A DNA stretch of 64,000 nt from Candidatus Collierbacteria bacterium GW2011_GWB2_45_17 (GTDB taxonomy: Bacteria; Patescibacteriota; Microgenomatia; UBA1400; MFAQ01). The position numbers and the translations under genes are program-made. Below the pieces are notes generated by a model. The model did not search any database, was not told the DNA's origin, and worked only from the letters and a program-made list of their open reading frames with translations. Below are positions 11,101-20,777 of this stretch, piece after piece (positions within the stretch are counted from its first letter, which is position 1; every line of letters begins with the position of its first letter). The stretch is from NCBI GenBank assembly GCA_001001485.1, contig LCKO01000002.1:47567-111566 (forward strand), given 5' to 3'.

Positions 11101-11435
11101 CTGAAATTACTCTTGGTGCCACCGAATTTGATGACCTAAAGTGGCTAAACTTCGACGAAGCGTATAAACTAATAAAAGAGACCAATACCGGAGGAAGATT
11201 GAGGATGATCGCCAACCTCCTCCACGTTCTTAAGGACAAAAATCTCTTATCTACCAATCAACCAGAAATTCATGGACCCAAACCCACAACCCAACCTGAA
11301 AGATCAAGAGGAAGTCAGCTACACCCCTCCTCAGTCGTGGGGAACCAATCAGACGACCACGCCCCCTCCATCCTCCTCGACGACCCTCTTGCCAACCTCC
11401 TTGGCAACCCTCGAACCAGCAAACCCGCAAATTAA
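8190..11435 (+). CDS. VirD4/TraD/HerA-like pumping ATPase with Pro-rich linker and C-terminal Nudix domain
   Basis: HTYILGKSGTGKS (Walker A), VDPHGD, LYVDEFQNF (Walker B), EARKY, LANQY; Nudix-like PQGGVE...KELAEEV. Confidence 0.85.
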   Translation: MAAPKYSVLQIRPAKDSLTGQAAFIEFLSSLRTALKAGFVDRLLGTFDTICLEIVNLNQTTYYILSCPERLEHLVRAQIAAQYPTALITPMTDYLSDWLSHGQTSLGQLVLTGPSHLSLNNTLDDKVDQMASILGSLARIPAGQAGIIQICLFAGPKNWQKAVRSSLEIVTPATATDPAKSKPSPYKAIIEKKLAYPAYACDIRLAAITPNLHTSIQLLTQLAAAFGTYALSEGNSLALKIPKSAGSLEKLRRMMIDRSAKYSNQYQYLNYGEITAMFHLPGVLLAPIKGIAWGKTLKGEAPTNLPVNEGITASEQKLYNFFAVTEYKNHLAVFGMKKGIDRLRHTYILGKSGTGKSTLIGHMAINDIQHGEGVAFVDPHGDAAEILLDYIPESRINDVAYLDPSVPGKSFWMNPLFVKTPAHGEMVASSIVSIFSKLYGNSWGPRLEYILRNTLLTLVYKPETTLADVPRILTNKDFREKECLIHVTDPVLINFWRDEYDKYSEKFQTEAIAPILNKVGQFITSPTIRDIINHPKSTVDFEAMMNAGKIIILNLPQGKIGEDNAALLGAMFISQIQIAAMNRANIKEEDRREFFLYVDEFQNFATSSFVKILSEARKYKLGLILANQYIAQLPEDIQNAIFGNVGTVMSYVIGASDADRIVKELNNLYTADDLVGLAKYQLAMKMSVDSQVTQPFSANALPLPDTYMHTKERVLEATYAKYYRETKPMDMSQITALMTPPAKRFTEPAYAPKALREPSAIVSLEGQALENPQSARPGPAGKSSFPSKAPYVPQLPPIIPRTQPNPFKIPPSGKSVIPSRVESEARQSIPQGQALENPQSARPGPAGLSDPSLADLDALRKEGLRPSIVGCFLNDKKILLAYQKSFNQWLLPQGGVENKQNIKDAFFKELAEEVTDDFLKTCDTDIQLVAVDKIEFPPSKQGLRDMSTDSGEPVVMKGKYYYFFVANSKKTEITLGATEFDDLKWLNFDEAYKLIKETNTGGRLRMIANLLHVLKDKNLLSTNQPEIHGPKPTTQPERSRGSQLHPSSVVGNQSDDHAPSILLDDPLANLLGNPRTSKPAN
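10483..10532. repeat. 50-bp palindromic repeat, copy 1 (in frame)
   Basis: AGGGCCAGGCCTT...AAGGCCTGGCCCT 13-bp stem; identical to 10681-10730. Confidence 0.9.
10634..10674 (+). repeat. TGTC-tagged REP-like element (in frame)
   Basis: TGTCATTCCGAG...CGCGGCAATCTA. Confidence 0.7.
10681..10730. repeat. 50-bp palindromic repeat, copy 2 (in frame)
   Basis: Identical to 10483-10532; encodes GQALENPQSARPGPAG. Confidence 0.9.
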
Positions 11436-12324
11436 ACCAGCCACATCTTTCGGAAGACCCTTGTTGGTCTCGTTAGCTCTAATTCTTTTTGGTATCTTAT
11501 TGGGTGTCCTGGCCGCCCGTTTTCTACCCACACCTAAAACCACAACTACATCTACTCTTCCTGAATCAACTCCCACATCCGAACCAACTGCCACTTGGAA
11601 AACATACACCAATCAAAAGTTGGGGCTCGAATTCATGTATCCGAATAGCTGGCTCGATCCCAAAGAATCGTCATCGTCTGCTATCACAACCTTAAATTTT
11701 GACGATAAATTAATAATCCTAAAAGGAACTTTCAGTGATATATCATCTCTTAGACCCTTCACTTTTGATGAATATGTAATTCGAAGCTACGGCGATGAAA
11801 CGCCCAGATACGACTACAATGAAATCGTCGGTTTCGTTGGAAAAAGAGGACTAGAAAAATCGGTTACGGGTTACAGTGATCTTGTTATTCTTGCCAAGGA
11901 CAACAACTCCACAGAAATTACCTCCATACTTTACCGGTTCAACCTCCAAGACGAAGACGGCAAATTATTCGACCAGATCCTTTCAACCTTAAAATTTACA
12001 GTTGAAGGATCGTCACAAGAAATACTTGGAATACAATTAACACGGTGTTGTTCTTGCCCGACAATAATTGATTCTTCACAAATCGGGGAAAATGGATGGA
12101 TTCTTTATGAACAGGGAAAAGATTATTCCGCTCTGCGGCCAAAAATATGTTCATCTCCAAATATCGGAGTGTGTGCTCCCTGTCCACCGCTCGAGACAAA
12201 ATCATTAGACTGTCAATATAATGGCAAAACCTATAAAAATGGAGAAACGGTTTCCGTCGATAAGTGCAATTCCTGCTCCTGCGACAATGGACAAGTTGCC
12301 TGCACTCTCATGGCCTGTGAATAG
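11272..12324 (+). CDS. Membrane-anchored surface protein with PsbP-like region and C-terminal Cys-rich VWC/pacifastin-like module
   Basis: TM segment, WKTYTN..GLEFMYPNSW, FDQILSTLKF, CQYNGKTY...CNSCSC..G...CTLMAC; start overlaps the upstream ORF. Confidence 0.75.
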   Translation: MDPNPQPNLKDQEEVSYTPPQSWGTNQTTTPPPSSSTTLLPTSLATLEPANPQIKPATSFGRPLLVSLALILFGILLGVLAARFLPTPKTTTTSTLPESTPTSEPTATWKTYTNQKLGLEFMYPNSWLDPKESSSSAITTLNFDDKLIILKGTFSDISSLRPFTFDEYVIRSYGDETPRYDYNEIVGFVGKRGLEKSVTGYSDLVILAKDNNSTEITSILYRFNLQDEDGKLFDQILSTLKFTVEGSSQEILGIQLTRCCSCPTIIDSSQIGENGWILYEQGKDYSALRPKICSSPNIGVCAPCPPLETKSLDCQYNGKTYKNGETVSVDKCNSCSCDNGQVACTLMACE

Positions 12325-12339
12325 CCAGCAAAAAACTAC

Positions 12340-12368
12340 TTGACAGAACTTCCCATCTTCGCTATAAA
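12340..12368 (+). promoter_or_regulatory. Sigma70-type promoter of groES-groEL
   Basis: TTGACA-N17-TATAAA. Confidence 0.8.
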
Positions 12369-12369
12369 A

Positions 12370-12394
12370 TAGCAATCGAGATGGTAGACTGCTA
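12370..12394. promoter_or_regulatory. CIRCE-like operator (HrcA site)
   Basis: TAGCAATC-N9-GACTGCTA vs consensus TTAGCACTC-N9-GAGTGCTAA, just downstream of the -10 box. Confidence 0.85.
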
Positions 12395-12441
12395 CCTTTC
12401 TGCTATACTCAAACAGCTAGATTATCAATTTATATCTAACT

Positions 12442-12750
12442 ATGGTCAACACCTTAACCGTCAAAAAATTACAACCCGCCCCCGGCTTTCTTCTAGTCGA
12501 ACCGGCCAAACAAGAAAAGAAAACCGCTTCCGGTCTTTATCTTCCCGATAGTCATTCCGAAAAACCTCAGTACGGTACTGCTCTCGCCGTTGGTGGCAAA
12601 TTAATTAACGATCGTGGTGTCGAAATCGGCTCTCCCGCCAAAGTAGGGGACACCGTTCTCTATAAAAAATGGGGTGGCAACGAAGTCATGATCGGTGACA
12701 TCGAATACCAGTTCCTCAAGTTCGACGACATCCTCGCCGTAGTCAAGTAA
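12442..12750 (+). CDS. groES: Co-chaperonin GroES
   Basis: KTASGLYLPD, EKPQYG, KVGDTVLY, DILAV. Confidence 0.97.
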   Translation: MVNTLTVKKLQPAPGFLLVEPAKQEKKTASGLYLPDSHSEKPQYGTALAVGGKLINDRGVEIGSPAKVGDTVLYKKWGGNEVMIGDIEYQFLKFDDILAVVK

Positions 12751-12764
12751 CCAATAACTAATAA

Positions 12765-14399
<1,635 letters not shown>

Positions 14400-14405
14400 C
14401 GTACT

Positions 14406-14451
14406 CGTCATCCTGAGCGAGCCTTCGCGAGCCGAAGGATCACACTCCACC
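14406..14451 (+). repeat. CGTC-tagged REP-like element (intergenic)
   Basis: CGTCATCCTGAG...CGAAGGATC followed by CACTCCACC tail shared with other copies. Confidence 0.8.
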
Positions 14452-14463
14452 AAAACATCGTAC

Positions 14464-14495
14464 AAAAAAGACCCCGCAGACGCAGGGTCTTTTTT
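14464..14495 (+). terminator. Rho-independent terminator after groEL (bidirectional form)
   Basis: AAAAAAGACCC...GGGTCTTTTTT. Confidence 0.8.
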
Positions 14496-14542
14496 GTCCC
14501 GTGTTATACTATCACTCAGCTCGCACCTTAAAGGAGGAACCC

Positions 14543-14824
14543 ATGAAAAATCGTTTTTACGGAGCTTTGTATGTACTTCTTGGTCGTGACAAAGAAACAC
14601 TGGAGGATCGTGCCTTCCGCCACGAACGCGAACGAGGACTGCTTTCCTTAGCTCTCTATGCCTTCGCAGGTATTTGTGTTGCCCTCGCTCTCTCGATAAT
14701 CGTTACCGGGACAATTGTCTGGCTACCGCAAATTCTGCTTTATAGCATCATCGCCGAGATCCTCATTCTCTTTTTGTACAATGCCTTTTTCAAGTGGCAC
14801 CAAAATAAATACGGCGGAGACTAA
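14543..14824 (+). CDS. Small two-TM membrane protein
   Basis: Strong SD AAGGAGGA before ATG 14543; two hydrophobic segments; own terminator. Confidence 0.7.
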   Translation: MKNRFYGALYVLLGRDKETLEDRAFRHERERGLLSLALYAFAGICVALALSIIVTGTIVWLPQILLYSIIAEILILFLYNAFFKWHQNKYGGD

Positions 14825-14846
14825 ACAAATGGCAATGGTAACAAAT

Positions 14847-14871
14847 AAGCCCCCTCTGGTAGGGGGCTTTT
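14847..14871 (+). terminator. Rho-independent terminator
   Basis: AAGCCCCCT-ctggt-AGGGGGCTTTT. Confidence 0.75.
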
Positions 14872-14968
14872 ATTACTCCAAACTATTATCCCCAAAAAAA
14901 TCTAGTTATACACACGAGACGAAGGATTGATAAATCAATCTAAAATACATACAAATCTGTTGAAATCT

Positions 14969-15607
14969 TTATTTAGCCTTGGCTATTCGACCGTTGGACA
15001 AATCCAAATAAGGTCTAGGGTTTACCGTGCGATTCTTTTTTATTACTTCCAAGTGAAGATGTGGCCCGGTTGTCTTTCCGGTAATGCCCACTTCTCCCAC
15101 CGGCATGGCGGGAGTAACCCTTTCTCCTTCTTCGACAAAAATCTTTCCCATGTGGGCATAGCGGGTTTGCAAGCCGTTTCCGTGATCAAGTACCACGCTA
15201 CGACCGTATCCGGTTTTGGTAACACTCATCAAAACGACCACTCCCTCTTTTAGAGGATATATTTTTGATCCTAGCGAGGCAGTGATATCAGTCCCTGAGT
15301 GGCCAAGGTGAAACTCTTGAGATACACCGGTATTATCCGGTAAGACACTTATCAGGCTCCTCTTTGTTTCTATTACCACTTCTTGGTCAAAAGGTTGGAG
15401 GTTGGCTAACGCCACAGTAGACTGATCTCCAGGTAACATAAACATTCCCGAAGCTAAGGTGGTCATAGAAATGAATCCACCAAAGACGGCTTTAATATTT
15501 TTCTTTTCGAACACCGGTCTGAAGAGCTTGGAGAGGGGATGCGATGTTCTGGTTTTAGGTAGTATTCGTCTCATAGTTGCGGGCGAAAGCCCGCGTAATG
15601 GGTACAA
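14969..15607 (-). CDS. M23-family metallopeptidase
   Basis: HSGTDI, YAHM, TGPHLHLEV, NPRPYL; exact start uncertain. Confidence 0.9.
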   Translation of the reverse strand: MYPLRGLSPATMRRILPKTRTSHPLSKLFRPVFEKKNIKAVFGGFISMTTLASGMFMLPGDQSTVALANLQPFDQEVVIETKRSLISVLPDNTGVSQEFHLGHSGTDITASLGSKIYPLKEGVVVLMSVTKTGYGRSVVLDHGNGLQTRYAHMGKIFVEEGERVTPAMPVGEVGITGKTTGPHLHLEVIKKNRTVNPRPYLDLSNGRIAKAK

Positions 15608-15685
15608 AAAATGCTTGAATCTCTCAAGCGAACGGTATCATACCATATCAACCCCTCCAAAGTCAAGCCGTGATACACTAAAATT

Positions 15686-16657
15686 ATGCTTACAGCCACC
15701 GATATTCAGGGCAAAAACGTCCTTCTCCGGGCCGATCTGGACGTGCCTGTCAAAGACAGTAGGGTGGAGAACCGTTTCCGCCTCCAAGCCCTTCTTCCCA
15801 CCCTAAAACTCTGTCTCGAAAATGCCCGCCGTACTTGCCTGATAGGGCATCTCGGTCGACCGGAGAGTAACAATCCTGCTTTTAGCCTCGCTCCGGTACT
15901 AGAAGAGCTAAAAAGACTGCTAAATCAAGACATATTCTTTGTTACTTCGGGTTTTTCTCCAGGGGAGTGCTGGACAGGAGAATCTCCTCTCGCCTTGATA
16001 GAAAACTTACGTTTTGATCCTCGTGAAGAAAGACTAGACAGGGGATTCGCCGAAGTTTTGTCCCAAGATGCCGAGATTTATGTTTACGAGGCTTTTGCCA
16101 ACTACCGTCCTTCCACCAGTCTCCAAACTATTCCCGAACTCCTACCCACCCGTACTGGTATTCAGTTTGACAAGGAAATAGCCACCCTCAACCAAGTTCT
16201 CCAAAACCCTGCCCACCCCACTCTTCTTATAGCCTCAGGAGCCAAGATGGACAAGCTTGAAATCCTTAAAGGCGTTATGCCCAAGTTCGACCGCACTCTA
16301 CTGGGTGGTAAATTTGCTTCTCCCGACCATCTTACTTCCGATGGGCTGGATCTTAATCAAGAGACTACTTCCCTATTCCTCCAGGTTATTTCCCAGGCAC
16401 AAACCATCGTCCTTAATGGTCCACTCGGCTATTACGAGGACGGCATCCATGCCACAGCCACTAAGGCTATTTTTCAGGCACTCAAGGACAGCTCGGCTCT
16501 GACCATCCTGGGCGGAGGCGACACTATCGCCGCCATTCCTACTCTAGGCTTCAAATACTCGGACTTTGGCTTCGTCAGCACCGGCGGCGGCGCCATGCTC
16601 GACTTTCTGGCCATAGGCACCCACCCCCTCCTAGAAATTCTCGCTCGCAAAGCCTAG
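15686..16657 (+). CDS. pgk: Phosphoglycerate kinase (short, divergent)
   Basis: GKNVLLRADLDVP, HLGRP, ENLRF, NGPLG, GGGDT, STGGGA. Confidence 0.9.
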   Translation: MLTATDIQGKNVLLRADLDVPVKDSRVENRFRLQALLPTLKLCLENARRTCLIGHLGRPESNNPAFSLAPVLEELKRLLNQDIFFVTSGFSPGECWTGESPLALIENLRFDPREERLDRGFAEVLSQDAEIYVYEAFANYRPSTSLQTIPELLPTRTGIQFDKEIATLNQVLQNPAHPTLLIASGAKMDKLEILKGVMPKFDRTLLGGKFASPDHLTSDGLDLNQETTSLFLQVISQAQTIVLNGPLGYYEDGIHATATKAIFQALKDSSALTILGGGDTIAAIPTLGFKYSDFGFVSTGGGAMLDFLAIGTHPLLEILARKA

Positions 16658-16731
16658 TCACTCCTTTTGTGCTATCATTTCCCAAACTGATCCTTAAAAC
16701 CCCGGTAGTTTATTTAACAAAGAGGTGAAAA

Positions 16732-16914
16732 ATGTTATTCTCTGTAGCCTTGATACTGATTGCTTTCATCGCTTGTCTCCGGATATTGATATTCCCCATT
16801 TTCTTACCGTGGATTATCGGTATCATCGCAGCAGTCCCCGTGGCAAATTCCGCCTCAATTACGATTTTTTTAACAGTCATAGTCGCCACTGTACTATTCT
16901 TCCGTCGACCCTAA
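16732..16914 (+). CDS. Small hydrophobic protein
   Basis: SD GAGGTG, ATG, 60 aa with two hydrophobic stretches. Confidence 0.45.
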   Translation: MLFSVALILIAFIACLRILIFPIFLPWIIGIIAAVPVANSASITIFLTVIVATVLFFRRP

Positions 16915-16970
16915 TCGTTGCCAGCCTCACCCTTCCGGTAGGGCTTTTTCCTAGTCGGCACCAGCAATTT

Positions 16971-17733
16971 CTAGATAGTGTCTGCCGGATTCTTTTCTTT
17001 GACTCTAAATATCATTACTGAATCTGTGAAGGGTCGTAATTTGCTTGGTTTTTTTCTATCTCCAATTCTGGCAACTCCTGGAACAAAATCAATTTTTCCC
17101 CATTGCCACTCAACGGATTCTATAAATTCTAGACCCAAGCTTTCTCCAATTTTTTTCCATTCAGATAATGTATGGTTGCTGTGAGGATTTGTATCGTCAC
17201 TTTGTGAGTTCCATGTGTTATCAAAGCTGTGTAATTTTTCCTTTTTTTTGATCTGTCCAGCTGTCACCGAGCAAATTTTCCAATAAAACTATGTATCCAT
17301 TTTGCTTGGTAGTTCTTATCCCTTCTAGCAATAATTCTTCTGGCATTTTAGTATGGTGAAGCATGTCTATAAACAAAGTCGTGTCAAAAGTAGATGCCTC
17401 AAAAGGTAATTTCTCTCCTTCTGCAAGCGAATAACCATTCTTTAAACTATCTTCCATTAGAACGTCGCCCAAATCAATAGAAAAAATATTTTTCTGATTC
17501 AAGTGGAGCTTTTCAGAAAAAGTTTTTGTTGTTTGTCCCAACCCTACTCCCACATCTAGTATTTTTTGATCAGGTCGAATGTATTTATTAAGAACTTCTC
17601 TGGTGTTTCTCCACATATCTTCTGCTCGCAATTCACCAAATATCTTTATAATTTTGTGAACAGGTTGTAATTTATTCAACTTATCTGTAACTCTACTGAT
17701 TTCATATCCTTGTTGTTCTGTCACTTCAGTCAT
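16971..17733 (-). pseudogene. Class I SAM-dependent methyltransferase split by a frameshift at an A8 run
   Basis: ILDVGVGLG, LPFEASTFD, MLHH in 17221..17733; removing one A at 17242-17249 fuses it to 16971..17267 (253 aa). Confidence 0.7.
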
Positions 17734-17793
17734 ATTTGAGATGATTTTACACCTTCTGTGCTAAAGTTTAAGTAGTTACATATTTCTGCCCAC

Positions 17794-18885
17794 ATGACAA
17801 ACTTCAGCATCAATGGTTTCGGCCGCATTGGACGTTCTGCCACCAGAGTCTGGCTAGCCAGCCACCTCGATGACTTCAATCTTTGCGCTATCAACACTTC
17901 CGGCTCTCAAGACGTCTCCGGCTGGGCCTACCTGCTCAAGTACGATACCGCCTACGGCCCCCTGCCTTACCCCATTACCTCCGAAGAACTTCAAAAGCCC
18001 GATCAAGTCACCGATGAAAATCCTCTTTTGGGCTACATTACGGTTGAACATCCAAAAAGAGCCGTAAAAATCCCCATTCTGGCTCAAAGAGACCCGGCCA
18101 AGATCCCGTGGAGCCAATTTGGAGCCGAAGTCGTTATCGAGTGTACGGGAGCCTTCACTTCTCTCGAGAAAGCCACTCTCCATCTCCAAGGCGGAGCCAA
18201 AATGGTGGTTCTTTCCGCTCCTCCGAATGGCGAAGGTGTTCCGACAGCTCTACTTGGTGTCAACGAGCAGGAAGTTATCGGCAAAGACAAAGTAAATACC
18301 ATTTCCGTCATTAGTAATGCCTCTTGTACCACCAATAGTATCGCCCCCGTAGCCGACCTGCTTCATGAAAAGCTTGGAATTCTCAAAGCCATGTTGACCA
18401 CGGTCCACGGCTACACCGACGATCAAAATCTTCAGGACAACTCTCACCGTGATCTCCGCCGGGGCCGAGCCGCCGCCGCCAACATCATTCCCACCAGTAC
18501 CGGCGCCGCCATCGCCGCTACCCAAGCCATTCCCGAGCTCAAAGGTCTCTTTGATGGTATCGCCCTCCGTGTTCCTGTCATTACTGGTTCCATTACCGAC
18601 TTCACCTTTATTACCCAAAGAGCCACTTCGGTGGAAGAAGTTAATCAAATCTTTATCGATGCGGCTAATACCCCCAGATACAAAAACATTCTGGCTGTTA
18701 CCGATGAGCCCATGGTCTCTTCCGACGTCATTGGTCGTTCAGAGTCCAGCGTGGTGGATTTGAAGATGACCAGGGTCGTCGACGGTACCATGGTCAAAGT
18801 TCTGGCTTGGTACGACAACGAATGGGGCTATGCCAACCGTCTTATCGAAGAAACCATCAAAGTCAGCCAGTCTCTAGAACCCTAA
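17794..18885 (+). CDS. gap: Glyceraldehyde-3-phosphate dehydrogenase, type I
   Basis: INGFGRIGR, SNASCTTN, IIPTSTGAA, WYDNEWGY. Confidence 0.98.
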   Translation: MTNFSINGFGRIGRSATRVWLASHLDDFNLCAINTSGSQDVSGWAYLLKYDTAYGPLPYPITSEELQKPDQVTDENPLLGYITVEHPKRAVKIPILAQRDPAKIPWSQFGAEVVIECTGAFTSLEKATLHLQGGAKMVVLSAPPNGEGVPTALLGVNEQEVIGKDKVNTISVISNASCTTNSIAPVADLLHEKLGILKAMLTTVHGYTDDQNLQDNSHRDLRRGRAAAANIIPTSTGAAIAATQAIPELKGLFDGIALRVPVITGSITDFTFITQRATSVEEVNQIFIDAANTPRYKNILAVTDEPMVSSDVIGRSESSVVDLKMTRVVDGTMVKVLAWYDNEWGYANRLIEETIKVSQSLEP

Positions 18886-18937
18886 CAGCTGGAACCGAAG
18901 CAAATTGCATGATGAATCTCAAGTAAAATAAGTATTA

Positions 18938-19654
18938 ATGATTATTTCGTCTCCAACACTAGAACAGATTTTGGTCTTGGCTAAAAAGCACAGAATCATC
19001 GCCATGGGTGAAATGCATGGAGTTAGAGAGAACCCAGAAATAGTACAGAAAGTTATCGACTACCTAAAGAAACAATACTCAATCATAGTTGGTTTTGAGT
19101 ATCCACAATTACTTCTAGACTGGCTAGACAAGCCATTTGAAGAACTGAAAAACACTTCGCCGGCAAACTTCCTTATCCAAGATGGAAGATTTTCCATTTA
19201 TCACTATGACCTTCTTAAGAACCTGGTTAATACAGATGTACCAGTGTTTGGGTTCGACCTCAACACCAATGAACAAAACAAACAAATGGCAAACACCTTG
19301 GACTGGAGAGACTCTATTATGGCGAGGAATATCAACCAAATATTATCAAATATACCGGAAAATCAAAAAGTCTTGCTTGTGACAGGTGATATGCATTTTC
19401 AGACCAAAACTCAAAATGTAATGTATCCAGATAATACGGGAACCCTTCGGCCAGTGAAATACATACCCACAGGAGAGCAAATCAATGTAGATTCAATTCT
19501 GGCCCTGCATTTAAGATATCTCTCTGGAGAGTTTTACAATAAAAAGCTTAAACCAATGCCAAAAATAACCATGGTTAAAGAAAGCTCGTTTCGTGATAAA
19601 GACGATTTACTGGAAATAGATATTGAATCTGCCCATACCACAATAACCAATTAG
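18938..19654 (+). CDS. EreA/ChaN-like superfamily protein
   Basis: IAMGEMHG, VGFEYP, RDSIMA, TGDMH; A-rich composition unlike neighbours. Confidence 0.6.
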   Translation: MIISSPTLEQILVLAKKHRIIAMGEMHGVRENPEIVQKVIDYLKKQYSIIVGFEYPQLLLDWLDKPFEELKNTSPANFLIQDGRFSIYHYDLLKNLVNTDVPVFGFDLNTNEQNKQMANTLDWRDSIMARNINQILSNIPENQKVLLVTGDMHFQTKTQNVMYPDNTGTLRPVKYIPTGEQINVDSILALHLRYLSGEFYNKKLKPMPKITMVKESSFRDKDDLLEIDIESAHTTITN

Positions 19655-19672
19655 GAGAAAAATCCAAATCTG

Positions 19673-19744
19673 AGGCCGGAGCGGGAATTGAACCCGCGCA
19701 TAGAGGTTTTGCAGACCACCGCGTTACCACTTCGCCATCCGGCC
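19673..19744 (-). tRNA. tRNA-Cys (GCA)
   Basis: GGCCGGA acceptor, D-arm TGGCGAAGTGGT, anticodon loop CTGCAAA, T-arm GGTTCAATTCC; full CCA not encoded. Confidence 0.95.
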
Positions 19745-19791
19745 GTAACTAACACGCACTATTTTAACATTTTCTGATACACTAGGATATT

Positions 19792-20682
19792 ATGAGGACT
19801 AGACTTCTACGTACACTGCCCATTCTATTATTTTCTATCTTCCTTGCTGGCTGTCAGCTCAACCCTTTTGCCAAAAAAGCCGGCATCCAAATTACCTCTC
19901 AGCCCGACGCTAACGTAGTCATCAACGGTAAATCTGTGGGTAAAACCCCCTACTACGTCGAGAATGCCGACGCCGGTAATGCCAGCATTCAGATGACTGC
20001 CATCGGCTCCGGCCAATCCTGGGAAGGCAAGGTTAACTTGGTTAGCGGTACACTCACCACTGTTCATCGTGATTTTGGCGTTACTCCGGACAAATCTCAA
20101 AGCTACACTCTCTCTTTCGAAAAGCTCGCCAACAACAAAGATTCATCGATAAGTATTATCAGTCTTCCGGCCAGCGCCACCGTCAGTATTGATGGTAAAC
20201 CTGCCGGATTTACTCCCATTACCAATGACATTTCTGCCGGCCCTCACGTCTTTTCTTTCACCGCCCCGGGCTATCAAGACAAGATCGTCAACGCTGCTGT
20301 TCAAGAGGGTTATCGTCTAGTTCTGAATCTCACTATGGCAACAATGGATGTTGTTCCCACCCCCACCCCAACTCCGGTAGCTACTTCTTCAGCCACCATT
20401 ACTCCCAAGCCTACCGCCACGGTCGCCATCACCCCACTTCCCAAACAGGCCTCATCTTCTGCCGCCATGGCCAAGCCCTATGTCGAAATTCTCGCTACTC
20501 CTACCAATTTTCTAAGAGTCCGTGAAACTGCCTCGGTCAACGGTACCGAACTGGCTAAGGTTAACCCGGGTGACAAATTCGCCTACAAAGAGTTGGAATC
20601 TACCACTACCTGGTACTCCATCGAATACATCAAGGGCTCCTGGGGATTCGTCTCCTCTCAATACGCCAAACTAGTTAAATAA
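19792..20682 (+). CDS. Lipoprotein with PEGA domains, Pro/Thr linker and C-terminal SH3-like domain
   Basis: Lipobox LAGC; INGKSVGKTP and IDGKPAGFTP; LRVRE...WY...GFVS. Confidence 0.85.
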   Translation: MRTRLLRTLPILLFSIFLAGCQLNPFAKKAGIQITSQPDANVVINGKSVGKTPYYVENADAGNASIQMTAIGSGQSWEGKVNLVSGTLTTVHRDFGVTPDKSQSYTLSFEKLANNKDSSISIISLPASATVSIDGKPAGFTPITNDISAGPHVFSFTAPGYQDKIVNAAVQEGYRLVLNLTMATMDVVPTPTPTPVATSSATITPKPTATVAITPLPKQASSSAAMAKPYVEILATPTNFLRVRETASVNGTELAKVNPGDKFAYKELESTTTWYSIEYIKGSWGFVSSQYAKLVK

Positions 20683-20686
20683 GTCA

Positions 20687-20724
20687 CGTCATTGCGAAGT
20701 CGCTTAAGCGACCGCGGCAATCTA
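20687..20724 (+). repeat. CGTC-tagged REP-like element (intergenic)
   Basis: CGTCATTGCG...GTCGCTTAAGCGAC...CGCGGCAATCTA. Confidence 0.8.
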
Positions 20725-20740
20725 TACAGATTTTCCTAAA

Positions 20741-20774
20741 CTTGAGTTCTTGATTCCTAGAGTTCTAGAGTTCT
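20741..20774. repeat. Degenerate 8-mer tandem (TCTTGAGT family), intergenic
   Basis: CTTGAGTTCTTGATTCCTAGAGTTCTAGAGTTCT. Confidence 0.65.
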
Positions 20775-20777
20775 TTT

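Noticed and set aside
16725-17021. 98-aa ORF overlapping 16732..16914
   Set aside because: No recognisable features; the 60-aa frame has the SD-spaced ATG and a coherent hydrophobic profile
18889-18910. Possible degenerate att duplicate of the tRNA-Cys 3' end
   Set aside because: Similarity is too weak and there is no integrase
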